Of a stretch of DNA of 64,000 nt, positions 19,992-29,910 are shown one piece after another. The notes under the pieces were generated by a model. It was not told the origin of the DNA, ran no database searches, and was given only the letters and a program-made list of their open reading frames with translations. Position 1 is the first letter of the stretch; the number at the start of each line of letters is the position of its first letter. Origin of the DNA: Methanosarcinales archaeon. Its GTDB lineage: Archaea; Halobacteriota; Methanosarcinia; Methanosarcinales; Methanocomedenaceae. The stretch spans positions 18,486-82,485 of the forward strand of contig JAIOQW010000347.1 of the NCBI GenBank assembly GCA_021108405.1, read 5' to 3'. Made by a program: the position numbers and the translations under genes.

Positions 19992-20987
19992 CTATAATCT
20001 AGTCATTTTTTTATAATCAGTAATAGTGGATATCGGTTGTATCGTTATATCTATACCACTCTCTTCCACGGCTGCCATACTATTTATGCCCGCATATACC
20101 GGAAGCCCTATTTTTCCAGGAGTGACTGGTGCCTTAAGTACAGGAGTGCCTGGCTCACTGATCTTGATCAGGCAATCTATATCGATTTCCATGGCCTTAT
20201 TAAGTACTTCCACTGCTTGGTCATAAGCTGAAGCAGGGATCTCCCTGATATTTGCCAGTAGTTTACCATTCCCTGTCTCATAAGTATCAAGAATAGATGT
20301 CATTTTCCTGTCTATGAAGATCCTCATTGGGTCTATTGTGGTACCGCTGTATAATACCAGATCCGAAAATGCAGTAGGTGCCCCTTTCATCATCTTAATA
20401 AGTCCGCCATATCTCGGACTTACCGGTATTCCGTTTCTTACTAATATACCATCGATCGTGATACTGCAAACTGTTGCAATACCCACCTTTCCTTCAGGAA
20501 CCCTGAACTCAGGATCATTTTCTTCCAGTATCCTGACATACGGGCTCATTGAATAAGGTTTATAGCTCATAGCTGAAATGATCTCCATAACATCGTCAAA
20601 ATCGTCCTTATCAATAATTGCAGTATTTACGATCACGTTGCCATTGCCTGTATCTACATCAAGGTTAGTATTGTAGATCAACTCATCAATAGTAGTACTA
20701 ACAAACCCGACTCTATATCCGATCAGGCCGTCCTCAAGCTCCTGGAGTCCTTTTTTAGTAATAGTCCTACCTGAATAGCCTTCCCTTACTGTAAGACCAC
20801 GCTCATCCAGGATCCTCAGATGATACCTTACACCCCTCTCCCCTATCTGGTATCCTCTCTCTTTCATCCTATCAGCAATGATACGTGCACCAACAGCTCC
20901 ATCACTTTCCTTAATGATCCTCATGATCTCCATTAGTTTTCTCTGTACCTGGGGATCTGTATTGGATGATATCATTGATATATTCAT
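19992..20987 (-). CDS. nrpR: Nitrogen regulator NrpR (wHTH + NRD, NrpRI-like)
   Basis: GARIIA...ERGVRYHLRILDERGLT wHTH, TVCSITIDG, SGTTIDP, GINSMAAVEE. Confidence 0.88.
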   Translation of the reverse strand: MNISMISSNTDPQVQRKLMEIMRIIKESDGAVGARIIADRMKERGYQIGERGVRYHLRILDERGLTVREGYSGRTITKKGLQELEDGLIGYRVGFVSTTIDELIYNTNLDVDTGNGNVIVNTAIIDKDDFDDVMEIISAMSYKPYSMSPYVRILEENDPEFRVPEGKVGIATVCSITIDGILVRNGIPVSPRYGGLIKMMKGAPTAFSDLVLYSGTTIDPMRIFIDRKMTSILDTYETGNGKLLANIREIPASAYDQAVEVLNKAMEIDIDCLIKISEPGTPVLKAPVTPGKIGLPVYAGINSMAAVEESGIDITIQPISTITDYKKMTRL

Positions 20988-21004
20988 ACTCCATTATTTT
21001 ATAT

Positions 21005-22327
21005 CTACATAATATTGAGATAACGCTGTATCTCCCAATCATGGACGTGTATCCTATAGGCGTCCCATTCGGCACGTTCCAGCTTTACAAAATCATTAAA
21101 TACATGGGAACCAAGGGCATTGATTATAACGTCATCACGTTCGAGTTCGTTCAGTGCATCCTTTAGAGTTCCCGGTAATGAATCAATTTTTTGCCTGGCA
21201 CGTTCTTTTGGATCCATTGCATATATATTTTCTTTGATGGGTTGTCCGGGATCGATCTTATTCTTTATACCATCCAGACCGGCCATAAGAATAACAGCAA
21301 AGGATAGATAAGGGTTGCAGGATGGGTCAGGACTTCTAAGTTCCATTCTGGTACTTAATCCCCTACCCATTGGGATCCTGATAAGTGAACTCCTGTTGGC
21401 ACCTGACCATGATATGTATACAGGAGCCTCATATCCTGGTACCAGTCTTTTATAGGAATTAACAGTTGGATTGGTAATTGGGGTAATAGCTCTTATATGT
21501 TTAAGTACTCCACCAATGAAATATTTTAATATCTCACTGATGCCATATTCACTGTCCGGGTCATAGAATGCGTTTTCGGTCCCTTTGAATAGAGATATAT
21601 TTATATGCATTCCATTACCGTTCTCACCAAATAGTGGTTTAGGCATGAATGTGGCATGAAGTCCCATGTTATTGGCAATAGTCCTGGTTACATACTTAAA
21701 AGTTACTACATTATCGGCAGTGGTAAGTGCATTGCCATATTTGAAATCAATCTCGTGCTGTCCTGATGCCACTTCATGATGTGAGGCTTCTATTTCAAAT
21801 CCCATACCTTCCAGGGCGATCACGATCTCTCTTCTGATATTCTCTGCAAGATCAACAGGTCCAAAATCAAAATATCCGGCAGAATCGTGTGGTATAGTGG
21901 TAGCATGCCCATCTTTTTTCTCAAACAAGAAAAACTCCAGTTCAGGTCCGGTATTCATCTCAAATCCCATGGATGATGCCACTTCCATAGCTCGTTTGAG
22001 CACGTATCTCGGGTCGCCTTCGAATATCTTACCATCTTGAAGCTGTACATCACATATCATTCTGCCTATTGATCCGTTATTGTGGGTCCATGGAAGTAAC
22101 TGGAATGTATTGGTATCGGGCTTAAGGATCATATCCGATTCTTCAATTCGAACAAAACCTTCTATAGAAGACCCGTCAAAGGAAATACCCTGGTCCAGTG
22201 CTTTATGCACCTGGGATATCGGTATTGCGACATTCTTGACTATTCCCTGAATGTCAACAAACTGGAGACGTATGAATCTGACATCTCTATCTTTTATTAT
22301 TTTAATAATATCTTCATTAGAATTCAT
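21005..22327 (-). CDS. glnA: Glutamine synthetase type I
   Basis: FDGSSIEG, GPELEFF, HHEVASGQHE, FMPKP, NGNGMH, YKRLVPGYEAP, ELRSPDP. Confidence 0.97.
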   Translation of the reverse strand: MNSNEDIIKIIKDRDVRFIRLQFVDIQGIVKNVAIPISQVHKALDQGISFDGSSIEGFVRIEESDMILKPDTNTFQLLPWTHNNGSIGRMICDVQLQDGKIFEGDPRYVLKRAMEVASSMGFEMNTGPELEFFLFEKKDGHATTIPHDSAGYFDFGPVDLAENIRREIVIALEGMGFEIEASHHEVASGQHEIDFKYGNALTTADNVVTFKYVTRTIANNMGLHATFMPKPLFGENGNGMHINISLFKGTENAFYDPDSEYGISEILKYFIGGVLKHIRAITPITNPTVNSYKRLVPGYEAPVYISWSGANRSSLIRIPMGRGLSTRMELRSPDPSCNPYLSFAVILMAGLDGIKNKIDPGQPIKENIYAMDPKERARQKIDSLPGTLKDALNELERDDVIINALGSHVFNDFVKLERAEWDAYRIHVHDWEIQRYLNIM

Positions 22328-22391
22328 TATAGCACCTGGTACATAAAGTTAAAACAATGATGTAATTAGTAAGGATGATATTAATTGTTTC

Positions 22392-22613
22392 TTATCTGCG
22401 AGATATGATGAAGAACCTGGTTAGGTAGATGCAGACCACAATCACTATAAAACTGAAGATTGCACTGAAGATCGGACTGTACTCATGCTCAAACCATGTG
22501 TCAATCACATCCTGCACCGAGAAAAAGAAGTATAGTGTGGCGATCAGCATAAGAAACATCACAATAAATAAGAGTCCTGTTCTGAATGTACTTTCAAGAT
22601 TGTTTCCAGTCAT
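22392..22613 (-). CDS. Small two-TM membrane protein
   Basis: Two hydrophobic helices; 1-bp overlap with the upstream PGF-CTERM gene. Confidence 0.7.
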   Translation of the reverse strand: MTGNNLESTFRTGLLFIVMFLMLIATLYFFFSVQDVIDTWFEHEYSPIFSAIFSFIVIVVCIYLTRFFIISRR

Positions 22614-23557
22614 TAGTAATCCCTCCTGATACGGATAAGCATAAAAATCGCAATTATAATCGCAATACAGGTCATCGCTGAAGTGAACCCTGGCATTAGT
22701 CCATCCTCATAATCCATCTCTTCTGGTTCTGTCATGAAGTCCTCGACCTCAATATCATTTTCCACGATCTCTTCATCTTTAGGGACCGTACGCTTCGGGT
22801 TGAGCTGCACCACGCCCTCTGCGCGCTCAACGATGGTATCGTTCTTCCAGATCAAAACCTCGACTATGTAATTGTAATTATTGGGTACGGAAATCTCACA
22901 ATTCCTGATGATCGTTGTATCTTTTTCGATGTTGCCTGTCGTGATCCAGAGCTTGTCAGCAAGGAGCCCGGCGTCGACCTCACGGGCTTTGATCAGCATG
23001 GACAAATTCTCGCTTGTGCTGTCGCCTTCATTTGTGAGGTAAAGATCCACACCGATTGTCACTCTTGAGTCGGTCACATTCTTCACCAGAAAGTCCATTT
23101 CCTGGATCTTAAGACCGATATCGTAGATATTTGGGGTAAGATCACCAATGCCATAGATTCGTACTGATTCCTGACGCAATCTCTCTTCGTCCTCAAATAA
23201 AACGACATCTATTCGATACCCGCCATCTCTTTCGACACTGATCAGTTGCGATACCGGTATCGTTATTTCTTTGTTTATACTTCCTGCAGGAGTCGTTGTT
23301 TGAGCTACAAGGAGTCCTGATACGGAATCAAACGCTTTCAAGATGAGTTTTATATCACCACTTCCACCATCCCCCCGGTTCTCGATATATGTGGTTACAT
23401 TCAGCAGAACTTCGGTACTTGTGACCCGCTCCGATGAAATATCTATCTCTGCGATGCTAAGCCGACTTTCTTCGAAATCCCGAAGGCAACCAGATGTTGC
23501 AAGTGATGTGATAAGTATGACGCATAGAATTAGGATTGCAATTTTTTTTTGGTGCAT
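22613..23557 (-). CDS. Surface protein with lipobox-like SGC, two beta-sandwich repeats and PGF-CTERM
   Basis: MHQKK...LATSGC, a duplicated ~115-aa unit, MPGF + TM + RIRR. Confidence 0.8.
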   Translation of the reverse strand: MHQKKIAILILCVILITSLATSGCLRDFEESRLSIAEIDISSERVTSTEVLLNVTTYIENRGDGGSGDIKLILKAFDSVSGLLVAQTTTPAGSINKEITIPVSQLISVERDGGYRIDVVLFEDEERLRQESVRIYGIGDLTPNIYDIGLKIQEMDFLVKNVTDSRVTIGVDLYLTNEGDSTSENLSMLIKAREVDAGLLADKLWITTGNIEKDTTIIRNCEISVPNNYNYIVEVLIWKNDTIVERAEGVVQLNPKRTVPKDEEIVENDIEVEDFMTEPEEMDYEDGLMPGFTSAMTCIAIIIAIFMLIRIRRDY

Positions 23558-23692
23558 TATTGTTAATGTTATTAGGTGAAAGTACATAAAAGTTACTTAA
23601 GGTCCAAATCCATTCGCAGTTATCTTTCGATTGTTGCTGCCAGTCTTTCCAGTGACATAACTGATTCCTGTCAGGTTCATAACCATACATCT

Positions 23693-23940
23693 TCATCGCT
23701 GGTATGGTAAGGCGATAGGTCGCCATTTTGGGGACTTTTCTTCCATAAGATATATTGTCAATCTATTCTTCCATTCCCAATAGAGTATCATGGGGTACAT
23801 AATGAAAAAGCAAATCAATAAGGACCCCATCACACCTTTTAAAATGAAATCAAAAGGAAGAGCCTTTCCTGTTAAAGTCAAAAAACCATGTAAAAATAAA
23901 GATGCTATTATTATCCACCCTACAATATCCCACTTGATTG
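23693..23940 (-). pseudogene. 5'-truncated membrane-protein fragment abutting a truncated hairpin element
   Basis: Frame is open from the element junction (SIKWDIVGWIIIASLFLHGF...) with no plausible start upstream. Confidence 0.35.
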
Positions 23941-23942
23941 AG

Positions 23943-24061
23943 CGAAGATTAGAAGATTAGAAGATTCGCAGAATCTTCGTCTGACATTCCAGAGGAATGG
24001 AGGATTAGAAAATGTGAACGGAATGAACATTTTCGGTATATCAATTTATACTTGATATACT
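23943..24061 (-). repeat. Modular hairpin element, truncated (A-B-C-D, F end lost)
   Basis: Its terminal AG forms part of the aroC TAG stop codon. Confidence 0.85.
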
Positions 24062-25139
24062 AAGATAAATGATCTGTCCTGATCAAATGGTCTGCAAGTA
24101 CCAGTGCCATCATTGCCTCGGCAACGGGAACGATCCTCGGTGGAATTGTAGGATCATGCCGACCCTGAATAACGATCTCAGTATCAGACAGACTCAGCAG
24201 GTCTACTGTCTTCTGGGGTCTCGCAATAGATGGGGTTGGTTTAACAGCGATCCTGCAGATGATATTCTCTCCACTGGATATGCCACCCAGAATACCTCCG
24301 GCATTATTGGAAGTACATACTACTTTTCCATTTCTAATCTCAAATGGATCGTTCATCTGGCTACCTGTTAAACCTGCACATGCAAAACCTGCTCCGATCT
24401 CCACACCCTTAACTGCTCCGATCCCCATTAGAGCCCTGGCAATATCAGCATCCAGTTTATCAAATACAGGTTCACCGAGTCCGGGAGGCATTCCCAGAGC
24501 AATGATCTCAACAATCCCGCCAATGCTGTCGTTATTTGCTCTTGCCTGCCTGGTCTTACTGAGCATAACTTCTGCGGCTTTTAGGTCTGCACACCGCACA
24601 GGATTTGATTCCACATTGGTACGGATCTCATCAATAGTAACAGGTGAGGCTTTGACATTGGCAAGTTCCACTACATGTGCCAGTATTTCAATACCATGCA
24701 CAGCTAATACTTTTTTGGCTACTGCACCACCTGCCACACGTGCTGCAGTCTCCCTGGCAGATGCACGTCCTCCCCCTTTGTAATCACGAATACCATATTT
24801 CATGAAGTACGTATAATCCGCATGACCAGGACGGGGAGTATCTTTGATACTTTCGTATTTGCTGGAATCCGCATCCTTATTATAGATCACTAATGAGATG
24901 GGCGTACCAGTGGTCTTACCCTGGAAAATGCCGGATAGGATATTTACTTTGTCATCTTCTTTACGTGGTGTGGATACGTCACTCTGGCCCGGACGCCTCC
25001 TATCAAGCTCATGCTGGATATCAGCCTCTGTAAGCTCAAGTCCGGGAGGGCAGCCATCTATGACAACACCTGTTGCAGGACCATGACTTTCACCCCACGT
25101 TGTTATTGCGAATGCTTTTCCGAATGTGTTTCCTGCCAT
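24060..25139 (-). CDS. aroC: Chorismate synthase
   Basis: [37 protein letters not shown]. Confidence 0.97.
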   Translation of the reverse strand: MAGNTFGKAFAITTWGESHGPATGVVIDGCPPGLELTEADIQHELDRRRPGQSDVSTPRKEDDKVNILSGIFQGKTTGTPISLVIYNKDADSSKYESIKDTPRPGHADYTYFMKYGIRDYKGGGRASARETAARVAGGAVAKKVLAVHGIEILAHVVELANVKASPVTIDEIRTNVESNPVRCADLKAAEVMLSKTRQARANNDSIGGIVEIIALGMPPGLGEPVFDKLDADIARALMGIGAVKGVEIGAGFACAGLTGSQMNDPFEIRNGKVVCTSNNAGGILGGISSGENIICRIAVKPTPSIARPQKTVDLLSLSDTEIVIQGRHDPTIPPRIVPVAEAMMALVLADHLIRTDHLS

Positions 25140-25140
25140 T

Positions 25141-25899
25141 TTAAGACTCCTTCCCGCAAACGGGACATTTCGGATTCTTTTGTATACTTATTTCATCAAA
25201 GGTCATATAAAGCGAATCGTAATAGAGCATCCTGCCTACCAGCAATTCACCGATCCCGATAAGATATTTTACTACTTCAGTGGCCTGGATAGCACCAATG
25301 ACACCAGGAAGCACACCAAATACACCGGTCCTACGTGCTGATTGTTCTATTTCCTTTGGTGGCGGCTGCTCGAAAATACAACGATAACATGGGCCACTCC
25401 CGGGAAGGATTGTAATAACCTGGCCCTCATACTTGAAGATACTACCATGGGAAAGTGGTATGCCTGTCAGTACACATGCATCATTTATCATAAATCGAGT
25501 GGCAAAATTATCCGAACAGTCCACTACCATATCGTAATCAGGTATAATATCACCTACATTACCATCGTCCAGTCTCATCTCCATGGGAATTACTGTGACA
25601 TCTGGATTCAGTCTTTTTACGAATGCGGCTGCGGATGCGACCTTCGGTCTACCTATATTTCCTCCATGTATTACTTGTCTCTGCAAGTTACTTAGATCAA
25701 CCACATCATCATCGATAATACCAATAGTCCCTACCCCGGCTGCAGTTAAATACTGGATCACCGGTGAACCCAAACCCCCTGAACCTATACAGAGCACTTT
25801 TGAGCTAAGAAGTTTATCCTGTCCTTTTTTACCTACTTCAGGTAGCATAATATGACGTGAATAACGATGTGTCTGTATCTCATCGAATTTGGTATCCAT
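25141..25899 (-). CDS. MoeB/ThiF/UbaA E1-like adenylyltransferase
   Basis: RYSRH, GSGGLG, SNLQRQ, DCSDNF, CYRC, CPVC. Confidence 0.92.
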   Translation of the reverse strand: MDTKFDEIQTHRYSRHIMLPEVGKKGQDKLLSSKVLCIGSGGLGSPVIQYLTAAGVGTIGIIDDDVVDLSNLQRQVIHGGNIGRPKVASAAAFVKRLNPDVTVIPMEMRLDDGNVGDIIPDYDMVVDCSDNFATRFMINDACVLTGIPLSHGSIFKYEGQVITILPGSGPCYRCIFEQPPPKEIEQSARRTGVFGVLPGVIGAIQATEVVKYLIGIGELLVGRMLYYDSLYMTFDEISIQKNPKCPVCGKES

Positions 25900-25934
25900 T
25901 TTATGAACCTACCCGGTTTTTATCAGATCATATG

Positions 25935-26216
25935 TTAAATTAACAGTTCATAGAGCCTGGTATGAAAACTCAAAATAAGTTTGGTAACTTCATGTTCCAT
26001 ATTCAACTTGAAAGTACGTATCTGTTTTCCCATACGTTTTTCAATAACAATATCTTCTCTTAGAAGAGGGTCGATCACTCTTGCCACACTGGAATGGGAT
26101 AGACCTGTTTCTTCTGCAATACCTGAAAGATATGTGCTCTCATTTTGATGTTCGATAAGGTTTTCAAGGACTATCATCTGTGCAGTCCGCCCGAATATTT
26201 TCTCTAATGCTTTCAT
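25935..26216 (-). CDS. Small winged-helix transcriptional regulator
   Basis: LSGIAEETGLSHSSVARVIDPL HTH followed by a beta-wing. Confidence 0.8.
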   Translation of the reverse strand: MKALEKIFGRTAQMIVLENLIEHQNESTYLSGIAEETGLSHSSVARVIDPLLREDIVIEKRMGKQIRTFKLNMEHEVTKLILSFHTRLYELLI

Positions 26217-26677
26217 GTGAAATCATAGTAAATAAATTGCTCATTAATATTAAGATTAACTGTTTTTTATTAGAGTTAGAAGAAATAAAGAAAGATTTGG
26301 ATAATAATTATTGGGCTGGATTAACATAGATACACATAGATATGCAAATGCCTAAATAAAAAAAATATTTACTACTATGAATTACAGCAGTAACTTAAAA
26401 CCAATAATACTAAATAGTAATACTAATAATTACGTATTAATATATTAATGGATATATACTCCGTAAAAAAATAAAATGTGTTTATTTATCTTGCTATATA
26501 ATTTTACCACAGATAGAAAGATTCATAGAATCCAATCTTTTCCATACTTCCGGTGGTTATTATATTCTGACCAATGATTTTTCAATGGTATCTAAGTGAG
26601 GCTAAATAAATACATCTAGTAAACGTCGGTTTCGTTTGCATTACCTCAGAGTATAGGAAAGTATTTTCCAATACAAG

Positions 26678-26735
26678 AAAATGCTCACTTCGTTCGCATT
26701 TACTTGAGATATATTTTTTTATAAAATATATACAG
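26678..26735 (+). repeat. Third repeat (stand-alone B hairpin + T-rich tail); empty-site counterpart of 45762-45878
   Basis: AAAATGCTCACTTCGTTCGCATTTACTTGAGATATATTTTTTTAT|AAAATATATACAG. Confidence 0.75.
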
Positions 26736-26757
26736 TAAAAAAAACGGTGGAAGGAAC

Positions 26758-27423
26758 ATGGATAAAAAAAAACACTTAAATAAGTCAGAAGAAAAATCAA
26801 AGGAATACTACGAACATCTCAATTTTATAAATGAGATTTTAAGGCATGATATTTTTAATGACCTGACAGTTATTAATGGTGCTTTGGAACTTTTCAAAGA
26901 AAACCGGAAAGAAAAAAATATTGATATGGCACTTAATCGCATTAATTCATGTATTGAAACAATAAACAGAATGAGGGATCTTGAATTATTCTTTTCCTCC
27001 CATACTGACTTAACAATATATTCTGTAACTGACGTTCTGGAAGATGTTATTAAAGGTTATCCATTAATCACATTTAACATAGAAGGTCAATCCCGGGTCC
27101 TGGCTAATGAATGTTTTAATCCCATTCTGGAGAATCTAATAAGTAATGCTATTATTCATGGAAAAACCGATAGAATAGATATTAAGATAAAAACAGATGA
27201 AAAGTACTGTAGAGTGAGTATTGCTGATGAAGGTATCGGAATCCCGGATGAAATAAAAGAAAAGATATTTGATAAGAATTTTGCATATGGTAAAACCGGG
27301 AAAACAGGTTTGGGATTGTATGTAGTCAGGGAAGTCATACAATACTATGGCGGATATGTATATGTTGAAGATAATACACCCAAAGGTACTGTTGTTACTT
27401 TGGTATTTAGAAAAGTGAAGTGA
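26758..27423 (+). CDS. Sensor-less histidine kinase (HisKA-like + HATPase_c)
   Basis: H-box ILRHDIFN, N-box NLISNAIIHG, DEGIGI, TGLGL. Confidence 0.85.
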   Translation: MDKKKHLNKSEEKSKEYYEHLNFINEILRHDIFNDLTVINGALELFKENRKEKNIDMALNRINSCIETINRMRDLELFFSSHTDLTIYSVTDVLEDVIKGYPLITFNIEGQSRVLANECFNPILENLISNAIIHGKTDRIDIKIKTDEKYCRVSIADEGIGIPDEIKEKIFDKNFAYGKTGKTGLGLYVVREVIQYYGGYVYVEDNTPKGTVVTLVFRKVK

Positions 27424-27638
27424 AATCAAAGTAATTGTGTATCCACTAATAAGTCACATTTACCCCGATAAAATCCGTTCCTATCCAAGACGGCCGCCCG
27501 AACCACGTTTGGCGGCTGTTCGTCTATGCGATAATAATAAATGTACCATCATCTGCCATGATCTTCTCATATCCGGATGAAGTAAACTCGATATCGGGAA
27601 CATTGTTTACAGCAGGCGGCTTTTCATTATGCTTCTTT

Positions 27639-27757
27639 CTAAATGCCCATTTCTTGCATGATCATACGTACATCAAGTATGTTGACGTATCCGTTCCCAT
27701 CCATATCCGCTTCTTGTAAGTATTTGCTGCTGAATACAATTCCAAGTGAGTATATTA
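27639..27757 (-). pseudogene. Isolated dockerin/EF-hand-like remnant
   Basis: ...LQEADMDGNGYVNILDVRMIMQEMGI*, preceded by an in-frame stop. Confidence 0.45.
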
Positions 27758-27821
27758 TTTATACATCCACTGTGTATTAGAGGGTTAATAACTCTCAATA
27801 TTTAGTAGAGCATTTTATTAT

Positions 27822-27937
27822 AGTGTATCAAGTATAACTTGATATATCGAAGATGCTCACTTCGTTCACATTTTCTAATCCTCCATTCCTCTGGAATGTC
27901 GGTCAAGAAAATCCGACCGAAGGGAGGATTTTGTTAT
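27822..27937 (+). repeat. Modular hairpin element (A-B-C-F)
   Basis: AGTGTATCAAGTATAACTTGATATA...CCGACCGAAGGGAGGATTTTGTTAT. Confidence 0.88.
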
Positions 27938-28019
27938 TATTCACTACAAAAGGATAGAGGTGATTAAACAAACTGGAAATCAATAGAAGATTTGATTCAT
28001 AATTAATATAGTCCCATGG

Positions 28020-28104
28020 GCGGGGGTAACCAAGCCAGGCCAACGGTGATAGACTCAAGATCTATTCTCGCAGGAGTTCAAGGGTTCGAATCCCTTCCCC
28101 CGCA
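28020..28104 (+). tRNA. tRNA-Leu (CAA)
   Basis: Acceptor stem GCGGGGG/CCCCCGC + A, anticodon arm ATAGA-CTCAAGA-TCTAT, long variable arm, GGTTCGAATCC T-loop. CCA not encoded. Confidence 0.95.
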
Positions 28105-28116
28105 TTTGTTGTAATT

Positions 28117-28707
28117 ATGAACTTTATTCCATACTTATTCCCTATTGTCGGAGCTGCTATCGGATATTTCACAAACGATATTGCTATTAGAATGCTTTTT
28201 CGGCCACACAGACCTATCGGTATCGGACAGTTCAAGATACAGGGATTGTTGCCTAAACGTCGAAATGATATAGCAGAAAGTGTAGCTGCAACAGTAGAGA
28301 AAGAACTGATCTCAATGCAGGACCTATCAGGTGTGCTATATGATATCGACTTTTCCTCTGCTATTGATAAAATAGTAGACATTCATTTTGATTCGGCTAA
28401 CAATAAAGAAAAAAAAGAGTTATTCTCGAAGATTAACCTCACTATAAATGCATTTATGCGACCAAGAATAAAAAAGTCATTAAATGAGAATAAAGATGAA
28501 CTTATCCACGAATTTATTCAGGAAATAGAGAGAAATGTCGATTTCAAGGAGATCATTGTAAGAAATATAGAAGATTATAGTCTGGATCAAATGGAAGATA
28601 TCGTGATGAGTGTTTCTTCAAGAGAATTAAGGTATATTACTATTATTGGCGGGGTCCTGGGCTTCTTAGTAGGTTTGATCCAGATGATAATCTATCTGAT
28701 AATATAA
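28117..28707 (+). CDS. DUF445 (YheB-like) membrane protein
   Basis: GAAIGYFTNDIAIRMLFRP, QGLLPKR, ELRYITIIGGVLGFLVGLIQ. Confidence 0.85.
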   Translation: MNFIPYLFPIVGAAIGYFTNDIAIRMLFRPHRPIGIGQFKIQGLLPKRRNDIAESVAATVEKELISMQDLSGVLYDIDFSSAIDKIVDIHFDSANNKEKKELFSKINLTINAFMRPRIKKSLNENKDELIHEFIQEIERNVDFKEIIVRNIEDYSLDQMEDIVMSVSSRELRYITIIGGVLGFLVGLIQMIIYLII

Positions 28708-28713
28708 TGCAAA

Positions 28714-28935
28714 TTATTCTCCATCTTCTTTCGTATGTTCAATGGTTAAATTTACAGTAAAATCACCGATTTTCTTTACTTCTTCGCGGGTAGGTTCCTC
28801 ACTCTTATTAATAGCCTTTAGCCTTTCTACATCTATTCCTGTATTTTGACTGACATCTTCATAAGTAAACCTGAATTTATGGATAAGCTCTTTGATATAG
28901 CGTTTAGTTTTTGCTCTGTGTCTTGAAATAGCCAT
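28714..28935 (-). CDS. Small HTH (XRE-like) protein
   Basis: TYEDVSQNTGIDVERLKAIN...EPT, with a GGAGG SD. Confidence 0.65.
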   Translation of the reverse strand: MAISRHRAKTKRYIKELIHKFRFTYEDVSQNTGIDVERLKAINKSEEPTREEVKKIGDFTVNLTIEHTKEDGE

Positions 28936-29104
28936 TTTATTCCTCCAAAATATAAATATTGTAAATTATACAATTTGTTGCTGCCATATACAGTCAATGA
29001 TTATTATTAATCTATCGCCTTCTAAGGTTAAAACCTAAAATATTTATGGAAGATATATCACGTATAACTTAATATACAATAAAATGGTATCCACTTCAAA
29101 TCAG

Positions 29105-29161
29105 AGAACAAAATCCTCCCTCCGGTCGGATTTTCTTGAGTATATCAATACTTGATATACT
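29105..29161 (-). repeat. Minimal hairpin element (A-F, 57 bp) inserted into a family-2 repeat
   Basis: The flanks rejoin to match 15104-15153 in reverse complement. Confidence 0.88.
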
Positions 29162-29176
29162 AGGGCAAAAATGATA

Positions 29177-29241
29177 GCCACAGAGAACACTTAAGATCAC
29201 AGAGGATTTCGTCTAAAGTATCCTTAAGTGCTCTCTGTGGC
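29177..29241. repeat. 19-bp inverted repeat (18/19) of family 2
   Basis: GCCACAGAGAACACTTAAG ... CTTAAGTGCTCTCTGTGGC. Confidence 0.75.
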
Positions 29242-29274
29242 AGATAATATAAACAATGATTAATCAATAAAATT

Positions 29275-29910
29275 ATGTTAGAAATTATAGAAATGTTAGG
29301 CATAGGATTCAGCGTAGGTCTTACAGGTGCACTGTTACCTGGGCCTATGCTGTTTGCTACTATTGAATCATCTTTTAAACAGGGATGGACCAGTGGTCCG
29401 AAAGTAGTTTTCGGACATGCTGTGATCGAGATCGCTTTATTTATAATTATAGTATCCGGGTTATCCTCATTTAAAACCCAGGAGACTATACTATGGATAT
29501 CGATCATAGGTGGAGTTGTTCTGGTCATCTTTGGAATATTAACAATCAAAGAAGCAAAACATGCATCTCTCACAGGTGGTAACACCATATTTAAAAGTCC
29601 CTTTGCAGCCGGATTCATCACATCTATCTCTCATCCGTATTTCTGGCTCTGGTGGTTGACAATCGGGGCCGGATTAATTTTAATGGGACTTGAAATCAGT
29701 CTTATTGCAGCAATAATATTTCTGGTAGGTCATTTTGCAGCAGATCTAAGCTGGTATACACTGGTCTCTACTACTGTAAGCCAGGGAAAGTCGTTGATGT
29801 CCGAAACAACATACCAGCATATCCTGGTTTGCTGTGGTATATTCTTAATATTATTCGGAATTTGGTTTATGACCAGTCAGGTGATCAGTATTCCCGCTTA
29901 CCTGAAATAA
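29275..29910 (+). CDS. LysE family translocator
   Basis: LTGALLPGP, GHAVIE, HPYFWLWW, multi-TM. Confidence 0.88.
   Translation: MLEIIEMLGIGFSVGLTGALLPGPMLFATIESSFKQGWTSGPKVVFGHAVIEIALFIIIVSGLSSFKTQETILWISIIGGVVLVIFGILTIKEAKHASLTGGNTIFKSPFAAGFITSISHPYFWLWWLTIGAGLILMGLEISLIAAIIFLVGHFAADLSWYTLVSTTVSQGKSLMSETTYQHILVCCGIFLILFGIWFMTSQVISIPAYLK

Noticed and set aside
26758..26780. Similar MDKKK starts at 26758 and 40886
   Set aside because: The match is mostly a poly-A run and is likely chance.
27430..28104. tRNA-Leu as an integration site
   Set aside because: There is no integrase and no duplicated tRNA 3' end in the window, and the debris lies 5' of the tRNA.
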